Shown here in pieces: positions 30,209 through 31,974 of a DNA stretch of 31,974 nt. Under the pieces are notes generated by a model, which was not told the origin of the DNA, did no database searches, and saw only the letters and a list, made by a program, of their open reading frames with translations. Position numbers and translations under genes: made by a program. Every line of letters begins with the position of its first letter. Positions within the stretch are counted from its first letter, which is position 1. This DNA comes from Sphingomonadales bacterium (GTDB lineage Bacteria > Pseudomonadota > Alphaproteobacteria > Sphingomonadales > SMXR01): NCBI GenBank assembly GCA_036445535.1, contig JAZFRG010000042.1, positions 1 through 31,974 of the forward strand. Reading direction: 5' to 3'.

Positions 30209-30242
30209 TTGTCAGTTTGGAAACCAGCCGCTATCTTGATTC
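30209..30242 (+). promoter_or_regulatory. Candidate sigma70 promoter upstream of dnaA (proximal) with GANTC site
   Basis: TTGTCA-N17-TATCTT immediately followed by GATTC (CcrM site). Confidence 0.5.
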
Positions 30243-30717
30243 AGTTATTGGGTGTTGCGGTCTAAAAAGGTTCTGACAAAAAACCTTAATTGCAACAAAA
30301 AAAGCCGGAAAACTAAGGGTTTCAATGCATCAAAACCCGCCAAAACCCCTGATTGGATAAGGGGCCGGAGGTAAGCGAAGCGTTTTCCGTCTTGGGCCCG
30401 CCTTGGGCCGGGGGATTTTTTCTAAGCCGTAGCGGCTTTGGACCAGGGCAGGAAAGTAGGCGCGGGTTGCTCGGTTTGGCAAACGACACGCCTTTTAAGG
30501 GGGATTTATCCGAAGTAAATCAGCCGCTTAACAAAGCTTTCGCAAGCAAATTTGGTTTGCATTAGTTTATCAACGGTTGGTTTAGCTGGAAAACTCTCTA
30601 AAAGGCACCTGCTTTGCCCAATTTTTAAGCAAACCGGCTCTTGGGTGCCTGGCACCATGCCGCAAGGACAAGGGTTTGAGTTAAAAATTATCAGGGGAAC
30701 CGCCGCCAGGCGGAAGA

Positions 30718-31974
30718 GTGACAAAACAGATGGAAAATAGTGAAAAAGAACTTTGGTTGCGAATCCAGGCAGTTTTAAAGGCCGAAATTGGTGAAGATGC
30801 CTATAATGCCTGGATCAGCAACCTGACATTTAAACGCATAGAAGACGGCACGGTTTTATTTTCTGCCAGAACGCCCTTTGTCCGCGATTGGGTTCGGCGT
30901 CATTATGCAGACCGAATCAGAGGTTTATGGAACCGTGAGGGTCAAAATGTTTTTGGCGTCGATATTGCCGTTGAAAAGGGTGCTGCCCAGACTCTAAAAC
31001 CTACCGGCCTAGGTTCCCACCTGGTTGGTAGCCGAGAGGGCATGATCACCGACAGCTTTGGCACGGTCCTGGATCCCCGCTACACCTTTGACAGTTTTGT
31101 TGTCGGCAAATCGAACGAGCTTGCCTATGCCGCCGCCAGCCGCATTGGGGATAGCAAAGAGGTTCCTTTTAATCCGCTTTTTCTTCATGGCGGGGTTGGC
31201 CTTGGCAAAACCCATTTGATGCACGCGATTGCCCACAAAGTGAAAGCCGATAATCCAACCCGCAAGATTATGTACATGTCTGCGGAAAAATTCATGTACC
31301 AGTTCATCTCGGCGATCAGGGGTAAAAACACGGTGGATTTCAAACGTCAGTTCCGCTCTGTGGATTTGCTGATGATTGATGACGTCCAGTTTATCGCCAA
31401 TAAAGAATCGACCCAGGAAGAATTTTTTCATACTTTTAATGCCTTGGTGGATAACCGTCGCCAGGTGGTTATTTCTGCTGATCGCTCCCCTACCGATCTG
31501 GCTGGGATTGAAGAACGGATCCGCTCCCGCCTGGGCTGGGGGCTGGTGGCTGACATCCACCCGACCGATTATGAACTTCGGCTTGGCATCTTGCAGACCA
31601 AGAGCAATAACTTTGAAGACACCACAATTCCAAAAGAGGTTTTGGAATTTCTGGCGGGTAAAATTATTTCCAACGTCCGCGAGCTTGAAGGGGCCCTGAA
31701 CCGGGTGGTCGCCTATGCAGAATTGACGGGTCAGGAAGTAACCGTTGATATGACCCGGAACGTTTTGCAGGATCTCTTGCGGGCGAATGATCGGAAGGTC
31801 ACTATCGATGAAATAATGCGCCAGGTCTCGGATTATTATAACCTCAGAATGGCTGAAATTTTGTCGGCGCGCCGCGCACGTGATATCGCCAGGCCAAGGC
31901 AGGTTGCGATGTATTTATCAAAACAAATGACCAGCCGCTCATGACCTGAGATTGGCCGAAAGTTTGGCGGCAGG
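30718..31974 (+). CDS. dnaA: Chromosomal replication initiator DnaA; 3'-truncated by window and containing an in-frame TGA at 31942-31944
   Basis: YTFDSFVVG.SN, FNPLFLHGGVGLGKTH, LLMIDDVQF, NVRELEGAL, RPRQVAMYL, then TSRS*PEIGRKFGGR. The start is GTG 30718 or ATG 30730. Confidence 0.97.

Noticed and set aside
30355-30510. Possible RNase P, SRP or 6S RNA (AGGAAAGT word; GGATAA/TTATCC ends)
   Set aside because: It lacks the GAGGAAAGUCC continuation and P4 partner, the SRP loop motifs, and extended end-to-end pairing.
30353-30740. Small ORFs in the rpsT-dnaA spacer (30353-30565 +, 30552-30740 +, 30506-30724 -, and also 30077-30265 +)
   Set aside because: They have weak or non-ATG starts, no clear SD, no recognisable motifs and mutual overlaps.
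31942-31944. Alternative genetic code (UGA = Trp/Gly) or selenocysteine explaining the dnaA stop
   Set aside because: TGA terminates several genes at their expected ends, TGG is used for Trp, and the aligned residue is Leu rather than Trp, Gly or Cys.
1-31974. CtrA boxes, parS sites, tRNAs, IS elements, CRISPR repeats
   Set aside because: By-eye scanning found no TTAA-N7-TTAA in intergenic regions, no GTTTCACGTGAAAC-like site, no cloverleaf, no transposase or integrase, and no regularly spaced repeat array.

Overview
Alphaproteobacterial core-genome window, probably origin-proximal. It contains no mobile elements, CRISPR arrays, rRNA or tRNA genes that I can support. Gene order on + is: partial USP, nfu, rutE-like nitroreductase, tsaB, rimI, mucR, fur, miaB, phoH(ybeZ), ybeY, corC, lnt, XRE regulator, metK, trmB, rimP, nusA, infB, rbfA, truB, rpsO, pnp, and a flavin oxidoreductase. 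A convergent minus-strand block follows (ubiE, ubiB, coaBC, dut, moeB, SH3 protein), then on +: mutM, a secreted hypothetical, enoyl-CoA hydratase, rpsT and dnaA (running off the window edge). Most of it is ordinary housekeeping. Five observations stand out. (1) The 'nitronate monooxygenase' after pnp carries FabX/UfaA-like motifs and a four-Cys cluster, and lies where I recall fabI-fabB-fabA in Rhizobiales, suggesting an alternative unsaturated fatty acid route. (2) dnaA has an in-frame TGA in domain IV, with conserved sequence continuing past it. (3) ylxR is absent between nusA and infB, and a 10-codon SD-led ORF coupled to infB sits in its place. (4) Two short intergenic motifs each occur twice: a 16-nt leader and a 17-nt stop-codon hairpin. 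(5) The 714-bp rpsT-dnaA spacer has DnaA-box-like sites and tandem promoter candidates. No database searches were run; family calls come from recognised motifs and recalled synteny.
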